Source of the DNA: Octopus bimaculoides
Taxonomy: Eukaryota
Length of the DNA: 64,000 bases
Direction: 5' to 3'
Assembly (NCBI RefSeq): GCF_001194135.2
Contig: NC_068989.1
Span: forward strand, 39,798,885-39,862,884
Shown here piece after piece: positions 1 through 14,480 of this stretch; positions within the stretch are counted from its first letter, which is position 1, and every line of letters begins with the position of its first letter. The notes under the pieces were generated by a model. The model was given only the letters and a program-made list of their open reading frames with translations, had not been told where the DNA came from and did no database searches. Position numbers and translations under genes: made by a program.

Positions 1-204
1 TCCCTTTCAGGGTCGATAAAATAAGTACCATTTGGCTACTGGGGTTGATCTTATCATCTTACTACTTTGGCATTGCTGCTTTATGCCAAAATTTGAAATC
101 ATTATTATTATTAGTAGTAGTAATCCTGATAGTGAAAGTGGTGGCAGCAGCAGTGGCGGTAGTAGTAGTAGTAGTAGTAGTTGCAGAGATCAATCTTCAC
201 TACT

Positions 205-425
205 TGTGTCGTATGTCTTCTATTAGCACTGTCCACTTCTTTTCATGACTGACATCCTCTGTGCACACCGCATGTCCATACCAGTGGCATAATTGTTTTT
301 ATTAATTTTTATCTTTTTTCTTTTTGCATCTGATTTCTCTTCTATCCAATTTATTCTTTGACATTTATTTCCATTCACTTTGCACATCCATTGCAGCGTG
401 TTCATCTTTCTTATTTTCAGCCTAC
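205..425 (-). mobile_element. Decayed RTE-clade LINE 3' fragment
   Basis: The minus-strand translation [10 protein letters not shown]...[15 protein letters not shown] echoes the RTE C-terminal motifs MLRWMCGV and LRWYGHV. Confidence 0.5.
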
Positions 426-444
426 ACATATCTTTTGTGAACAT

Positions 445-715
<271 letters not shown>

Positions 716-956
716 TATTGATTTAATCAATCACATCTACTTCAAAATATGTGATCTTGTGCCAGTGTAAGAAATTAATATAAATGTCATTTTGAACAGT
801 AAATAGGAAGTATTGAATTGCTTTCCATTGTTATTTTTAATATCTCAAGACCCCGTAATTTATTATTGAATTAGAATGTCATAAGTGTATCCACAGTCAA
901 TGTTTTACCTTAATCAATCTATGTATGTACTGAGGCTTGCAATATGACTGTGATTA

Positions 957-1140
957 TAGCATGCTGGGCAAAATTCTTTGCGGCATTTCATCCATCTTTA
1001 CATTCTGAGTTCAAATTTTGTTGAGGTCCTTTTTGCTTGAGGTTGATAAAATGAGTACCAGTTGAGTACTGGGATCGATATAATCGACTTAACTCCTCCC
1101 CAAAATTGCTGGTCTTGTACCAACATTTGAAACAAATACG
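957..1140 (+). mobile_element. tRNA-derived SINE family A copy. Others lie at about 1-95, 2270-2490(-), 11880-12040, 14866-15080, 15945-16135, 22440-22610(-), 23470-23640, 34040-34190(-), 40622-40835, 60845-61060(-), 62195-62430
   Basis: Recurrent consensus ...TCTGAGTTCAAATT (box B-like)...GCCTTTCATCCTTTCRGGGTCGATAAAATAAGTACCAGTTGAGCACTGGGGT...AAATTTGAAAC, seen more than 20 times in the window. Confidence 0.85.
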
Positions 1141-2929
1141 ATTGTGATTATAGCTAGGATATGAACAAGAATCAAAAAGCAACATTAAAAACGTTCTTTT
1201 GTTGCTTGCAGTTCAAAGATATAAATTATAACTAAATGTATCAAGAATTTTAAATTATCTCCCACCATTTAATGGAATACAATGTGGTTAAGAAAACAGA
1301 TATATAAAATAAACAATAACAATTGTATTAGTTGATGGTTTTAGCATTGTTGCTTATATGTGGTAGACTTAAATTTGTGTAAAGTCGGCCTGTTTACTTC
1401 GTTCATTTTGTTCTGACAGTTCTGCTTTTTGTATGAAATAATACTGAAGAAATATCAAAGTGGGAAATGCGATAATTGTTGTTCTGATCTATATGCGAAT
1501 GCAAAGTTTTTCTGTGATGTAGACTATACAATTCATTTACTTTATTTACGTCTGATCCTCTGTTACATCTGTTAGATATTAGATGTTATTCTGCAAGTGA
1601 GACAGGATACATACTCTGTCTCTCTCTTGTTCTGAGATAGCTGCTTGCTAAAAATCATCTGCCACTTGAAAGAGAGTGATTTTGTCAGTATGGACTTGTG
1701 ATATTTACATATAAAGAATATCGTGTGGAAAAGTATTGTTCATGTCAGCAGGTGCCACTTAGTTTGAAGATAGAAGTATGCTGATGACTGAATGTTGATG
1801 TAGCCACTTATATTTCAAACTGTACATGAATAGAAAGAGAACTTTTGACTCTTTTAAATAATATGAGATTAAACATGGAATTTTTTAACACTTTAACAAT
1901 CAGATTCCTTTGTCAAATATAATGCTTATTTGTTCACATTGTTTTTTTAAATTTATCTTTCATTATCTCGTAGCTTCAAGATTTTGATCATGTGATTGGT
2001 GATTGTGTATTTTTAGAATGACATTGTTGGGTAGGTGTGAGAGGTCAGATCTGTCTGGCAGAATATTTGGGCTGGATGTGGCTGTTTTAAATGCTGAAGG
2101 ATAAAACGAACCTAATTCAATTATTACTTCAGCAATTACTGGGCATCCAATTTCAGTATTCATGGTTTGAAAAATTGCCTTCTCAGCTTATTCTTGACCA
2201 TATCTTTAAATGATATGATTATTCACACATCTATCACAGAGGAACTGGGGATGTTATAATCAAATATTTAATAAACCTTTCTACTAAAGGCACAAGGCCT
2301 GAAATTTGTGGGGAGGGAACTAGTCAATTACATTGACCCCAGTGTTTCACTGGTAGTTAATTTATTGACCCCAGAAGGATGAAAGGCAAAGGTGACTTTG
2401 GCAGAATTTGAATTCAGAACATGAAGACAGATGAAATACTGCTAAGCATTTTCACCTGGCATGCTAACAATTCTGCCAGCTCCCCACCTTTACCCATTAC
2501 CTACCAGTGATCTCATATGAGATCACTTAAAAATTACAAATTTTGTAATTATCTGTCAATATTTACACATATCTAACCTTTTTGCTATATCTACTAGGTA
2601 TATTTCTCTGATATACAAATGAGGTTTGCTAATTTTTCACCCAATATCTCGCTTATTTCTATTTAAAATGTTATTTTGATCATTCCAGCGTGTTTCTAAG
2701 GCTGTTTTATACTAGAAATCAAAGTTTCATAAAAAAAAGTCCAGTTAATAGAATTATGGGAGGTAATGGGTTAATCAAATATTTAATAATGCCACAAAAA
2801 CGAATATCACTCAATTTAAGAACACTAAAATCATACAATGGCTTTTTTCATAACAAAAGGGAATAAGAGCATTAAAGATCAAAAATAAAATTACATGGTA
2901 TTAATATTTGGATACAAGAATTTTACAAA

Positions 2930-3330
2930 ATCACATCAATGAAGACTGAATCTATAAGTATTTTGGAGTTTTTTCTAATTTTTTGCTAAGTAATCACTCG
3001 ATTTCTTGGAATTTCTTTCTTCAATACCCTTGTTGACCCATCTCCACGTCATTTCTATAATTGTTAAATCCGAGGATTGCTGCAACAAATTTTCTTGCTT
3101 TTGATAAATTCCTTGACTTTTCCTGCAGTATGTTTTTTGGGTTGGTGTACTGCATCTGATGGAATGCAACTGCATGCCTTTTGTAGGCATGCAGCCCCAA
3201 ACCATAGCATTGTAACTACTATTCTTGACTATTGGATTCATGAACTTATGGTGAAAATCTTTTCCTGTACAAAGCTGGATGTTCACTTTACAAGGCTCAA
3301 GTGAGGCTTGCAATTGAGTGCTACTCCCAC
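2930..3330 (-). mobile_element. Tc1-like transposase relic
   Basis: ORF 2975-3313 contains AMVWGCM and QSSDLTIIEMTW, matching the Tc1 motifs VMVWGC and WPPQSPDLNPIE.W. Confidence 0.75.
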
Positions 3331-4595
3331 GTTACCCAGAGTAAGCTTTTACATTTTACCCATCTCATCAAATCTTAATATGATATAACTAATCATCATC
3401 ATCGTCATTTATAACATTCATTCTCCATCCTGGCATAGACTGGACAGTTTTTGCAAGTTGGAAGACTGTCATATTCCAATGTCTGTTTTGGCATTGTCTC
3501 TAGCTGGATGACTCTCACAATTCCAACTGAGTGTACTGGATGCTTTCTTCATAGCACCATCACTAGTGAGATTTGCTTCCAACATGCAAGATTAAAGGGC
3601 CTTAATGGCCCCTATAACCAAAGGAGAAAATGAGAGAAAGAGCGAGAAGATAGAGTAAGAGAGAGAAAGAGGGAGAGAGGCAGAGAGAAAATGAGAGAGA
3701 GTTATGATTTAGGTGAGGTGATGAGAGTTATCGATAGTTTTTCTTGATCAAATAGCATATAATAACTAATGTTAAAATTAAAATACTTTTCCTCATAATG
3801 TTCTGAAATTTACTGACTCTCATTTTTGTGGTTTTATTAATGTTGTCAATAATTGCATTGTGCTAATTAAAATATTTGTGTTTCAACTTACATAACTTAA
3901 TGGTAAAATAGTCTCTTACTAGTCTTATAGCTATTTACCCTTGAACTGTGAAATTAAATTTCATGTTTATTCCATTAGTGATGTTCAATATCTACCAAAA
4001 GCTAGATGTGTCAATAAACTTGACATCTTTTTGTCTTTTACTTGTTTCAGTCATTTGACTGCAGCCATGCTGGGGCACTGCCTTGAAAGGTTTAAGTTGA
4101 ACAAAACAACTCCAGGTCTCATTAGAATTTTTTTTTAATGCTCAGCACCTATTCTATTAGTCTCCTTTGCTGAAGCGCTAAGTTATAGAGATACAAACTC
4201 ACCAAAATACACACACACATAATACATAACTACATACATACATACATATGATATGATTCATTCAGTTTCTCTCTACCAAACCCACTCACAAGATTTTGGT
4301 CAGCCTAAGGGTATAGTAGAAGACACTTGCTCACGGTGCCTCACAGTGGGACTGAACTGGAACCATGTGGTTGGGAAGCAATTCAAACATGACAGTCCTC
4401 AACAAAAGATAGATTGGCACATAAAACTGCTTTCCACAGTGAAGGGTAATGAAATTTTGAGTGGATATATTTAATTTTCATAGTAAAAAGGTTGAATAAA
4501 TGAAAGCCACGTTTAATTATCATTATGCTATTGTCTTTAAATTAGGTGTTGTTTCTGTACATTTGAAATCACAGGACTAAGGCAAATACAAAAAG

Positions 4596-4752
4596 ATGTT
4601 GTTTATAATGAACAAATATAAAAAAAAGTTATTTACAATGAACAAATATAAAAAGAAGTTATTTATAATGAACAAATATAAAAAGAAGTTATTTATAATG
4701 AACAAATATAAAAAGAAGTTATTTATAATGAACAAACATAAAAAGAAGTTGA
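4596..4752. repeat. 30-bp minisatellite, about 5 copies (TTATTTATAATGAACAAATATAAAAAGAAG)
   Basis: Read directly; it translates as (LFIMNKYKKK)n. Confidence 0.95.
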
Positions 4753-4854
4753 ATTTATTGAATACAGTGCTCAGGTGCTTTACAACTCATCAGAAAATGT
4801 AACCAAAACTGTATGAACAGTACACAGAATATGCACAGGAAGATTTTGGATGTA

Positions 4855-5760
4855 TGAGGTGGTATCAAAAGGTTCCTGGACTAGTTATGTTCAATAAAAA
4901 ATAACTTATTAACTTAAGTTTTTAACATCATCTCATTTGAAATATTCACCCTGCATAGTAATACACTGGTCCCACCATTCTTGTCACTTTTGGAATCTGA
5001 TCTGGAAGTTGTTTTCTGTAAGTGTGTTGAGAACCTTGAGCGATTCGCTCTTGATCTTGACAAGGGTATTAAAACAGTAACCTTTGAGCTGCATTTTCAT
5101 CTTGGGGAAGAGATGGAAGTCCACAGGTGCTAAATCTGTTGAATAGGGCAGGTGCAGAAGTGACACCCTGTTGTTTCTGGTGAGAAACTCACAAGTCAGG
5201 AGAGCTCAGTGACTGGATGCATTGTCATCATGAAGAATCCAGTTCTCTGCATTCTACAGATCCAGTCACTTTCACTGAATGTCCTCCTTCAAATGTTTCA
5301 AAACATTGCAGTAGGGCTCTTGATTGACGACCTGGCCCTGGGGGATGAATTCTCGATGCGCAATACTGCAAATTTAGAAAAAAAAAAAAAAATGACAAAC
5401 ATGCTCTTGATTGAGCTACTACTCGGTCATGCCTTTTAAAGTGCCTGTGCTACTCAAAACATTACGTACAACCCGTTGCCTTGTTGCCATAAGCTTACTG
5501 AAGCATGCTGAATGTCTCTGTAGTAGACTCCCCAAGTTTAATGCAAAATTTCACGTTGGCTCTTTGTTCCAACTTCCTGTCCATGACAAAAATCACAGGC
5601 TATAACATATGCATGATCACAAAAACACAACTTTCACAACTTGTGAAGTAAACACAGTGATGTCCCCTAGCACACTGCTTCATGAAGGTGACTGCTAGGT
5701 CATACTGCCATTTGCTGACACATTACAGAACTAGTCTGGGAACTTTTTGATACTATCTTA
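4855..5760 (-). mobile_element. Internally deleted and decayed mariner transposon with TIRs and TA target duplication
   Basis: Left end TA-TGAGGTGGTATCAAAAGGTTCCTGGACTAGTT; the right end read as reverse complement is TA-TAAGATAGTATCAAAAAGTTCCCAGACTAGTT. The minus ORF HLPYSTDLAPVDFHLF matches the mariner YSPDLAPxDF motif. Confidence 0.88.
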
Positions 5761-6100
5761 TAGCATCTAATAAAGGAAATGACCAGCTAAGATAAGGGGC
5801 AATATTTTACATGACAGACTAATAGTAACTCATGCTGACAGGGGAAAACAGATATTATAACATTGATGATGATTATGATAATGCCAATACCAATACTAAC
5901 ACTACTGTGCCTGACACCACTGCCATTGATGGTAGTGGTAGGGATGATTGATGGGAGAGGTAGGAAGGTAGTTGAATCCTGATTGTCTTAACTTAGTTTT
6001 ATATCATGTTATCTCAAAAATGTGACATAGAATTTGTATTCTGAATCAAAATGGAGCCACTACATGTTCTCCCAATCTGCTAAAAAGGCTGAGTAATTTA

Positions 6101-6251
6101 TGGCTGTGTGGTAAGAAGCTTGCTTCCCAACCACATGGTTTCAGATTCAGTCACACAGCATGGTGACTTGGGCAAGTGTTTTCTACTATAGCCTCAATCT
6201 GACCAAAGCCTTGGTAGATGGAAACTGAAAGAAGCTCGTCCTATATATATG

Positions 6252-6298
<47 letters not shown>

Positions 6299-6620
6299 NN
6301 NNNNNNNNNNNNNNNNNNNNNNNNNNNNNNNNNNNNNNNNNNNNNNNNNNNNNNNNNNNNNNNNNNNNNNNNNNNNNNNNNNNNNNNNNNNNNNNNNNNN
6401 NNNNNNNTTTCTTGTATTTGGTGCTCCATTCTCCACATAAATATAATTATAAACTACGGTTTAAGCAATAAATTACCTGCCTCTGGATGCCCTCTTCCCA
6501 AGACGGTACCCATACAGGTGATCCCCAGGAGTGCCTCCGGATTTAAACATCCCCTGGTTGCTTGGATGCTTCAGACTACCCCTGAAGGATCGAGGCAAGC
6601 CTATCACTTACCTATATATG

Positions 6621-6680
<60 letters not shown>

Positions 6681-6905
6681 TATGTACGTACGTATGTATG
6701 TATGTATGTATGTATATGTATGTATATATCTATGTGTGTGTCTGTGTTTGTCCCATCGCTATCACTTGACAACTGATGCTGGTGTATTTGTGTCCCCATA
6801 ACTAAGCAATTCTCCAAAAGAGAGAGATAGAATAAATACTTGACTTACAACGAATAAATCCTGGGGTCAATCTCTTCGACTAAGACTCTCTAAAGTGGTG
6901 CTCCA
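6101..6905 (+). mobile_element. SINE family B (GGCTGTGTGGTAAGAAGCTTGCTTCCCAACCACATGG head, central TA/TG microsatellite, conserved tail) with an internal insertion and an N gap. Other copies at about 4150-4400(-), 7800-7920, 8620-9010, 9190-9460, 44320-44500, 53505-53630, 56380-56610
   Basis: Recurrent head with box A/B-like motifs and a recurrent tail ...CCCATAACTTAG...GATAGAATAAGTAC...CCAGCATGGCC...ATGACTGAAACAAGTA. Confidence 0.85.
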
Positions 6906-7590
6906 GCCTTTGATCATCAATCTGATGAATCAAGCTTGACACAGTAGTAAGCAACAATGTAACTTTTATTTTTAGAAACAAAAAGTAAAGAAAGAAAAAT
7001 GTTCTCAAATTAATTACAACTCCAGAACTTTGGAACTCCTTAAGTTTAGCTGGATTCTGTGTGCATGCATAAAGTGTATTGTAATATATAGTATTTTATT
7101 TGTTAAATTAAAATTATGATAGCCATTTTCAAATGTTAGAAGCTTAAGTTAACTGAGAAAAGAGATAATAAAACTGAAGATACATAAGAAGATATAACTT
7201 GACTAGATAAATGTAAGAAGTAAAAAGCAATAAAAATCAGAAATCCTTGACAAATTTGCTGATGAAGTTTTCTGGAGGAAACTAAATATATGAACATATA
7301 AAGCTGTTTCATTGTAATTTCATGGAAGGAAATGTTGAAGCCTGGATTTATCTGTCGATGTGAAGAGAGAATGCAAATAAAGTCATCCAATTTGTTTGAT
7401 TAGTTTCATTAAAATCATGAAGCAATATCTTATTGCTTAATGTTTAAAGCTGCCACTAGTGCACCATGAAAGTCCTGTTTGGAATTGTAATACTGACAGA
7501 GGTTTAAACAATGGCTTTTACACTGTACTAATAAAACATATTGTAAGTGCTAGAAACTGAAGTTTCTACACACACACACACACACACATG

Positions 7591-7630
<40 letters not shown>

Positions 7631-8268
7631 CATGCACGCATGCTCACACATCTATCTTGCCATGTTCTCAGGAATGATTTTTCAAAGGAGACATTGTGTT
7701 CCATATAAACAAATGTGTGTGTACATGTATATGTATATGCATATAAATGAGCATATATGCATAAATATATATAGATATATGAATGTCTGTATGCATATCA
7801 TAAACTTGTGGTGCGCAGTTTGCTTCACAACCACATGCTTCTAGGTTCAATCCCACTGCACACAGGTCAGCTGATTGTAATCCGCTGTATCTTTGAATTG
7901 ATTTAATACCTTGTGAATGGAATTTAATACACAGAAACTGTACAAAAACAGATTGTAGTCGTCCCCCCCGTCCTCCTCCCCCTACCAATCTTCCTCCCCT
8001 CATCTACTCTTCCTCCCCCTCCTCATCATCATTGTTTTAACACTCACTTTTCTATGCTTGCATCAGTCAGATGGAACTTTGTTGAGGCAAATTTTCTGAG
8101 GCTGTCTGCCATTCCTCTCACCAACCCTCACCTGTTTCCAAGCAAGGTAATATTACCTTATATTCGGACATGTTTTCTCAATAGACTGAAAACAAATGAC
8201 ACTGCTTGTATGATAGTGGTACTTGCCTACAATTATCATTTGATGTCAAGACAAGAACACACACACAC

Positions 8269-8332
<64 letters not shown>

Positions 8333-9478
8333 TTGTGCTTTTGTGGCTTGAAGTAAAGCAAGCCTTGATGTCCACTCAAAAAACACATGGTAAATGATCC
8401 ACAAGCAATTGAGCAAAGTGAGTCATCAACTTTTTCTTTTCACTGAAAGGTTTGCAAGGCACTGGCAGGCCTCAAGAGACACATTTGTGTCCATAAGAAC
8501 ATGATTACCACTTTATTTTACAGAACTCTTATTCATTATTCATGACAAAAGAATCCATCATTATGATGATGATGATCATCATCATCATCATATATATATA
8601 GGCACTGGTGTGGCTGTGTGGTAAGAAGCTTGCTTGCCAGCCACATAGTTCTGGGTTCACTTTCACTTTGTGGCAACTTAGGCAAATGTCTTCTACTATA
8701 GCCCTGGATAGACCAAAGCTATGTGAATGAATTTGGTAGATGGAAACTAAACAAAGCCTGTTGTATGTATATATATGTATGTGTGCATGTGTGTGTCTGT
8801 GTGTTCATGTCTCTGTTTGCTCCCACCACCACTTGACATCCAGTTTTGGTGTGTTTATGTCCCCATAACTTAGTTGCCCAGCAAAAGAGGCTGATAGAAT
8901 AAGTACCACGTTTAAAAAAATAATCACTGGGGTTGATTCGTTTGACTAAACTCCATCAAGGGAGCATGCTAGCATGGCCACAGTCTCATGAATGAAACAA
9001 GTAAAAGATAAAAAACGATATATAATGGTCTCCCTATTTCCACATATGAAATCCACCTTCAAGGCTGGAGCTATACTTGAAGACAATTAAAGTGTCACAC
9101 AATGGGACTCAACCTGAAACCAATTATTTAGGATGCTGACAAATTGACACACAAATTGTTGAATTTGAAAAGTGAAGTGACTGGTACAGGCATGGCTGTG
9201 TGGTAAAGAAGTTTACTTCTCAGCTACATGGTTTTGGGTTTCAAACCCACTGTGTGGCGCCTTGAGCTAGTGACTTCACCACCATTTGTCAACTGGTGTA
9301 GGTATATTTATGTCCCCATAACTTAGCAGTCCAGCAAAAGATACTGATAGAATAAGTACCAGGCTTAAGAGGAAAAGAAAAGCGGGGGTTGATCAGCCAA
9401 CTAAAATCTTTTGATAGTGGTGCCCCAGCATGGCCACAGTCTAATGACTGAAACAAGTAATAGGTATAAAAGGTATGA

Positions 9479-9530
<52 letters not shown>

Positions 9531-12250
9531 GAAGAAAGTGAAAAGAAATAAGATCAGTCAAAGAAGAGGGATAAAAAAAAAGGCATATAATTGGGGTTGC
9601 GAAACTGTAAAACATATAAAAGTGGTTGATGGAACGAGTAGAATAAGCAGTATTCATTAATAATAAAATCAGTTTAATTCACTAATGTGCTTTTATTTTG
9701 TTCAGTAAGGGTGAGGTGGGACTAGATTTAAGCTCAGTTTTGTGTAAGGAATGACAATAGTCAATTGAATCAATACAACATTATTTATATTGATTCAGTT
9801 AATGACCCCTTGATTTTTTTTGTTATTTTGAAAATTTTATTTTTATTTTATTTATTTACGAAGATTTAATTATAAAACTGCTAGATTAATACTTGGCTAT
9901 TTACATATTCTGTATATAGATCTGTGTCTCTGTTCAGTATCTCCTTAAAGTCTATCAAGGCAATGACAAACAAACATTCAGATTTTCTCTTGACAGATTT
10001 CTTTTAAAAATTATAGACAAACTGTCTGTTTTACATGGTTATGTCCTTTTCCATCTCAAAGAAAACAGAAAGAACAACAGCTATTACTTATATCTCTTAT
10101 AAAGCTAATTTTCTAAGGAATGTTTGGATAGAAATCAAAATATTACTGGACTTGGAAGACAATAAAAACAAAGTTGATCAATAGCTGTGTAGCTAAATAG
10201 TATAATTCATTTGCTTTGGTGCTGGATGTCTTAGCCATTTTTAATACTTTACCACTTTTATTGTATATAAACTAGGTATAGACCCATCCACCCTATTGTG
10301 CAGCCTATAGGGTGATTGGTGAGTGAGGAAAGGTAAAATAGAATTGTGAGGTCCAATAGTTTGGTTTCTCTGAGGACTTTATGACCTCTCTGGTACCTGT
10401 GCCATGAAAAACATAACCAGAACACACTATAAAGTGGATACTAAATAAACAGAAAATGTAAAGGGTTGTGTTCACCCACTTCAATTCCATATTGCCGAGG
10501 ACTTGCCAACTTCTCTAGGGCTGGTGTTATAAGAAAATTGGTCCAGTACACTTTTCAAGTGGTTAGTGCAAGGAAGGGCGTCCACCTGTAGAAACCAGGC
10601 CAAGATGACATGCATATGAACATGATGACCTGTCCAAGCTATGCTAGCATGGTAAACAGACATAAAGTGTCGATGAACATACAATAAGCATGACTGTTGT
10701 CTTGTGTTCTTTAATGGTTCATTGGACTAGGCTGATGCTAATTTGGTAGACCTGTAAATCTTTGATTTATAAAAATGGCTTGTTGTTTAAACCCATGCCT
10801 GATCAAGTATACTTATGAAAAATGTTCCTGCTATGACCATCTCACTTTTAGGAATGTGCAAGACTGCATTATATAATACGTTCTTTTTCTTATAGGTTAA
10901 TAATATGAGATTTGAGGGAGATTTGGATACTATTTTCTATCAGGTTGAATGGTAGCATCAAGGCTCACGTATTTGGCTAAGATCAAATTGTAGGATTCAT
11001 TATTATTCATTATTATCTGACATAGCTTCTGTTTGGTTCTAATTGGTTTCTACTTGATTCTACTTGGTTTCAGTTAGGTTATAGAGTTCGTTCACCTGAG
11101 TTTTCCATCTTCTTGTTGTGCTCAGTAAAACAGAAATACTACAACACTAAAATAGACAATGAACTAGAAAAGCATTCGGAGAGTGCAGACCTCCGCCAAG
11201 CAGCTCATTTCCACCCATATACATGCATGCTGATAATCGCCCAATTTCCCAAACCAATGCTGGCAAAAACATAACCTCCTTGGTAGGGGTAAAAAAAAAA
11301 TAACACAGCCATATAATTAAAAAAAAAAAACCTTTAAAAACAGGAATCATTTGAAGCAGTTATAATACATCAATGACAATAGCAAGCTCTGCAGAGCTTT
11401 GCCAAGCAATTCATTTTAAGATAGATGCACAAGTAAAATTACTAATAGAGAAACGAAAATAAACTTTGGAAACAGCAGCGCCACCATAGGTTATGTGGAA
11501 ACGATGAACATGTTTTCAAGAGAGATAATTAAAGACCGTAACATTGTAATACTTCATGTAAAGTAAATATAACAAATGAAAAATCCTTCAAGAATCCATA
11601 AAAATTCCCCAGATCACTACCAAAATTTCATCATCTGTTCCTTGTGTCATTACCAACTTTTCCCGCAAGTTTCATCAAATACCGTTTTCAACTTTTTGAG
11701 TTATTTTGCACACAGACAGACAGACAGACAAACCAACTCTGATGAAAACATAACCTCATTCCTTGGCAGAGGTAATAAAATACACAAAACCTCAGGAAAG
11801 GTAATGTATATATCCTAAAAAGATCCAATTTTTTTACTGAATGTAAATGATTTGGCACTTCAAGGATTATGTTAGTACAAGATTTGTAGAATGAGTAGAG
11901 CATTAGGTGAAATACCTTTGGTAATTAGTCATGGTCTTTTGTCCTGAGTTCAAATTTTGCAGAGGTCAACTTTGAATTTAGTTTATCTTGGAATGATGAA
12001 ATAAAATATCATTTAAGTACTGGATTTGATTTTGTATCCTTGTAATGCATTCTAGATGTGAATGGAATTATAACAGAAGATAAGATATTTAAAAACTAAC
12101 ATTCCAGAAAAGAGAGAACATAGTTTCTTGTATTTTACTAAGTAGATATCGCTAATGTTAAATAGTCTATTAAGTGTATGATTTAACAATTTAGTTATGC
12201 CATAATTTTAATTTAAATGACTCTCGCTCTTTTTTGTTTCATTTTGCAAG

Positions 12251-12330
12251 TCGGAATCAAAATGAACTGATAAACACTGGTTTGATGTTGGCCCAAACTT
12301 ATATGCTTCTGGCTGAAGATGATGCGTATG
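12251..12330 (+). CDS. TTC23: Internal coding exon of a TTC23-like TPR protein (xRNQNELINTGLMLAQTYMLLAEDDAY)
   Basis: Polypyrimidine tract plus AAG acceptor, strong G|GTAAGT donor at 12331 and an open frame. It ends in phase 1 (G), which joins the TG of the next exon to give Val. The 5' boundary is uncertain: an in-frame TAG acceptor at 12194 is also possible. Confidence 0.65.
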
Positions 12331-12500
12331 GTAAGTTGAAATATCTAATCATTTTCATGAACTGTGGGGGAAGCATAGGAAATGCTGGGTGTTCAGATTT
12401 GATTTGATTTCTATGGTTGTTGTTTAGCTTGTGGTAATCCCTAAATGAGTATCTGTTGAGCTCTAGGGTTGATATAATTGACTTACTCCTTCTTCCAAAG

Positions 12501-12541
<41 letters not shown>

Positions 12542-12589
12542 AAGTTGAGTCATAAGTTGTTTTTGTCTTTCAAGCTTTGATTACTATTT

Positions 12590-13050
12590 CAAGCAAATTA
12601 TATATGGTAAGCATTTATTTATCAAAATATCCCACCATATTTTATTGCCTGTGGCCATCATTGTGTGAGAAGCTCAATTCCATTCTTAAACCACTTGGTT
12701 GGTTTAGAGGCAAAAACTCCCTGCACCCATTTCCAACCTCATCCACATTGTCGAACCTCCATTCATGCAGAAAATGAGCCATGGCTTAGAAAAGGCAGTA
12801 ATCTGATGGTGCAAAGTCTGGACTGTAGATAGAGAGAGGCAGTACTTCCAGACCCTTAAGTTCCTCAAGTTTGTACTTAGTCACTGCCAGTGTGTATTGG
12901 GGCTTTGTCATACTGTAGGAGTATGCATCTTCCATTGACCAATGCTGAGTAGCAGGTTTTCAAAGTATCATATGTTCACTGCAGATGTTAAGCATGAGAG
13001 ATTTGTTGTCCAATGTCTCATTTACTGCTTTGTCCGGCTGTCTATCTGTT
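12590..13050 (-). mobile_element. Mariner transposase 3' relic
   Basis: The minus translation EVLPLSIYSPDFAPSDYCLF*AMAHFLHEWRFDNVDEV matches the mariner YSPDLAPSDYHLF region. Confidence 0.8.
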
Positions 13051-13053
13051 GTC

Positions 13054-13106
<53 letters not shown>

Positions 13107-13972
13107 GTCTCTCTCTCTCTCTCTCTGTCTCTGTCTCTCTCTCTCTTGTCTTCTTCGCTCTTTAAGATGATAAAATGGGATTCTAAGGCAGTTTGGCTGC
13201 TATATCTACCAGGTTGCGTAATTACATAGAGACTCCCCTCCTGACTCACTTTTTTTTTTTTTTCTGTAGTATTAAACTGCAGATGTAGAAATTTCTACTC
13301 CTTGGAGGGGCTGCTAGTTTGATAAAGTTAATTTACCAGGAAGATCTGGTGTATATACTTTTGATTGACATAAGCTGAAGCAATTCAAAATCACTAATTT
13401 TTCTAGAAATTCCAAGAAACAGTTGTTTATGCCTTTAGAAAAAAGAATCATTTTCTAGACTCAGCTCAGACCACAGACTCAGCTTTAACAAATCTTTTCT
13501 TCTTTTAGTGCTATCATGTTGATAAATAACCTCTGCTAACTTTTTAACATAAATACGATGTTGGTGATATGTTTGTGGCTGACTACTTAGATGTTTCTCC
13601 ATTGCTTTCTTTTGAGATTCTGTACAAGACAGATTGCTATGCCTGCTAAAGTACTCGGAACATTAAGAACCAGAAGAAATACCACAAGTCATTTCATATA
13701 ATAGTCCAGCAATTCTGCCCCTTTGTTTACCTTCTGAAAAAGAGCCGGTTAAGAAGCCACTGTGTGGTCACTCAAAGTGCTAAAAATAGCTGCCAAGCTC
13801 TCACATCATCAATTTGTAAAAACATTAGATAATGTGGTCCTAGATACACTGTATCTTTAAAGAAAAACACAGAATAACCATGATTAGAATGCTTTTGATC
13901 ATGAGTTTGATTCATCATGGTTGACCTTGAGCTAAACAACAATGACCTCCTGGAAAAATAATGATTGATGTT

Positions 13973-14059
13973 AATTAAAGCTTTGTTGTTAAAGCTGTAT
14001 TAATTAAAGCTGTATTAATTAAAGCTGAAATAATTAAAGCTGAGATAATTAAAGCTGAA
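13973..14059. repeat. About 15-bp tandem repeat (TAATTAAAGCTGNNN), about 6 copies
   Basis: Read directly. Confidence 0.9.
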
Positions 14060-14074
14060 CATTATCTGTTCTTT

Positions 14075-14480
14075 ACTAATTTGGGAAGTGTCTATACCAT
14101 TTATCCTACTCTATAATAATGTTTCTACTTGATGCTCTTATATGAAATCAAAGAACCCAAATCTTTTCTGTAGATGGTCATATTTGATGCTACATACAGA
14201 GCCACATGTTTGAAAGAGGCTTGTTAGGAAATGATAGCCAGTGCCAAGCAGTAGTAATTTAAACAGTTGTTTCACAATCAACTTCAAAAGTACAAAAGTA
14301 CGAAACATACATACAGACTGTCGTCTCCAAGTAATCTGTGGCTAAAGTTTAGAGAGAACCAAAATGACAGTTGTATAGAACAGTGAGATTGTCATTTATT
14401 TTAGTGATGCCATCTTCAACATGGCTCATTGCTATTGAGGACAAAGTTTTGATATTGAGATGAGATGAGTTGCATAAATA
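14075..14480 (+). mobile_element. Helitron Rep-helicase linker relic
   Basis: The frameshifted translation LGSVYTIYP..CFYL.LLYEIKEPKSF..VDGHI.ATYRATCL.RGLLGNDSQ matches Helitron IGRVYTVHP..ECFYLRLLL..VKGPTSF..VDG...TYR.AC..RGLL.DD. Confidence 0.75.

Noticed and set aside
13973-14059. Short regularly spaced repeats as a CRISPR-like array
   Set aside because: There are no unique spacers and the context is eukaryotic; it is a simple tandem repeat.
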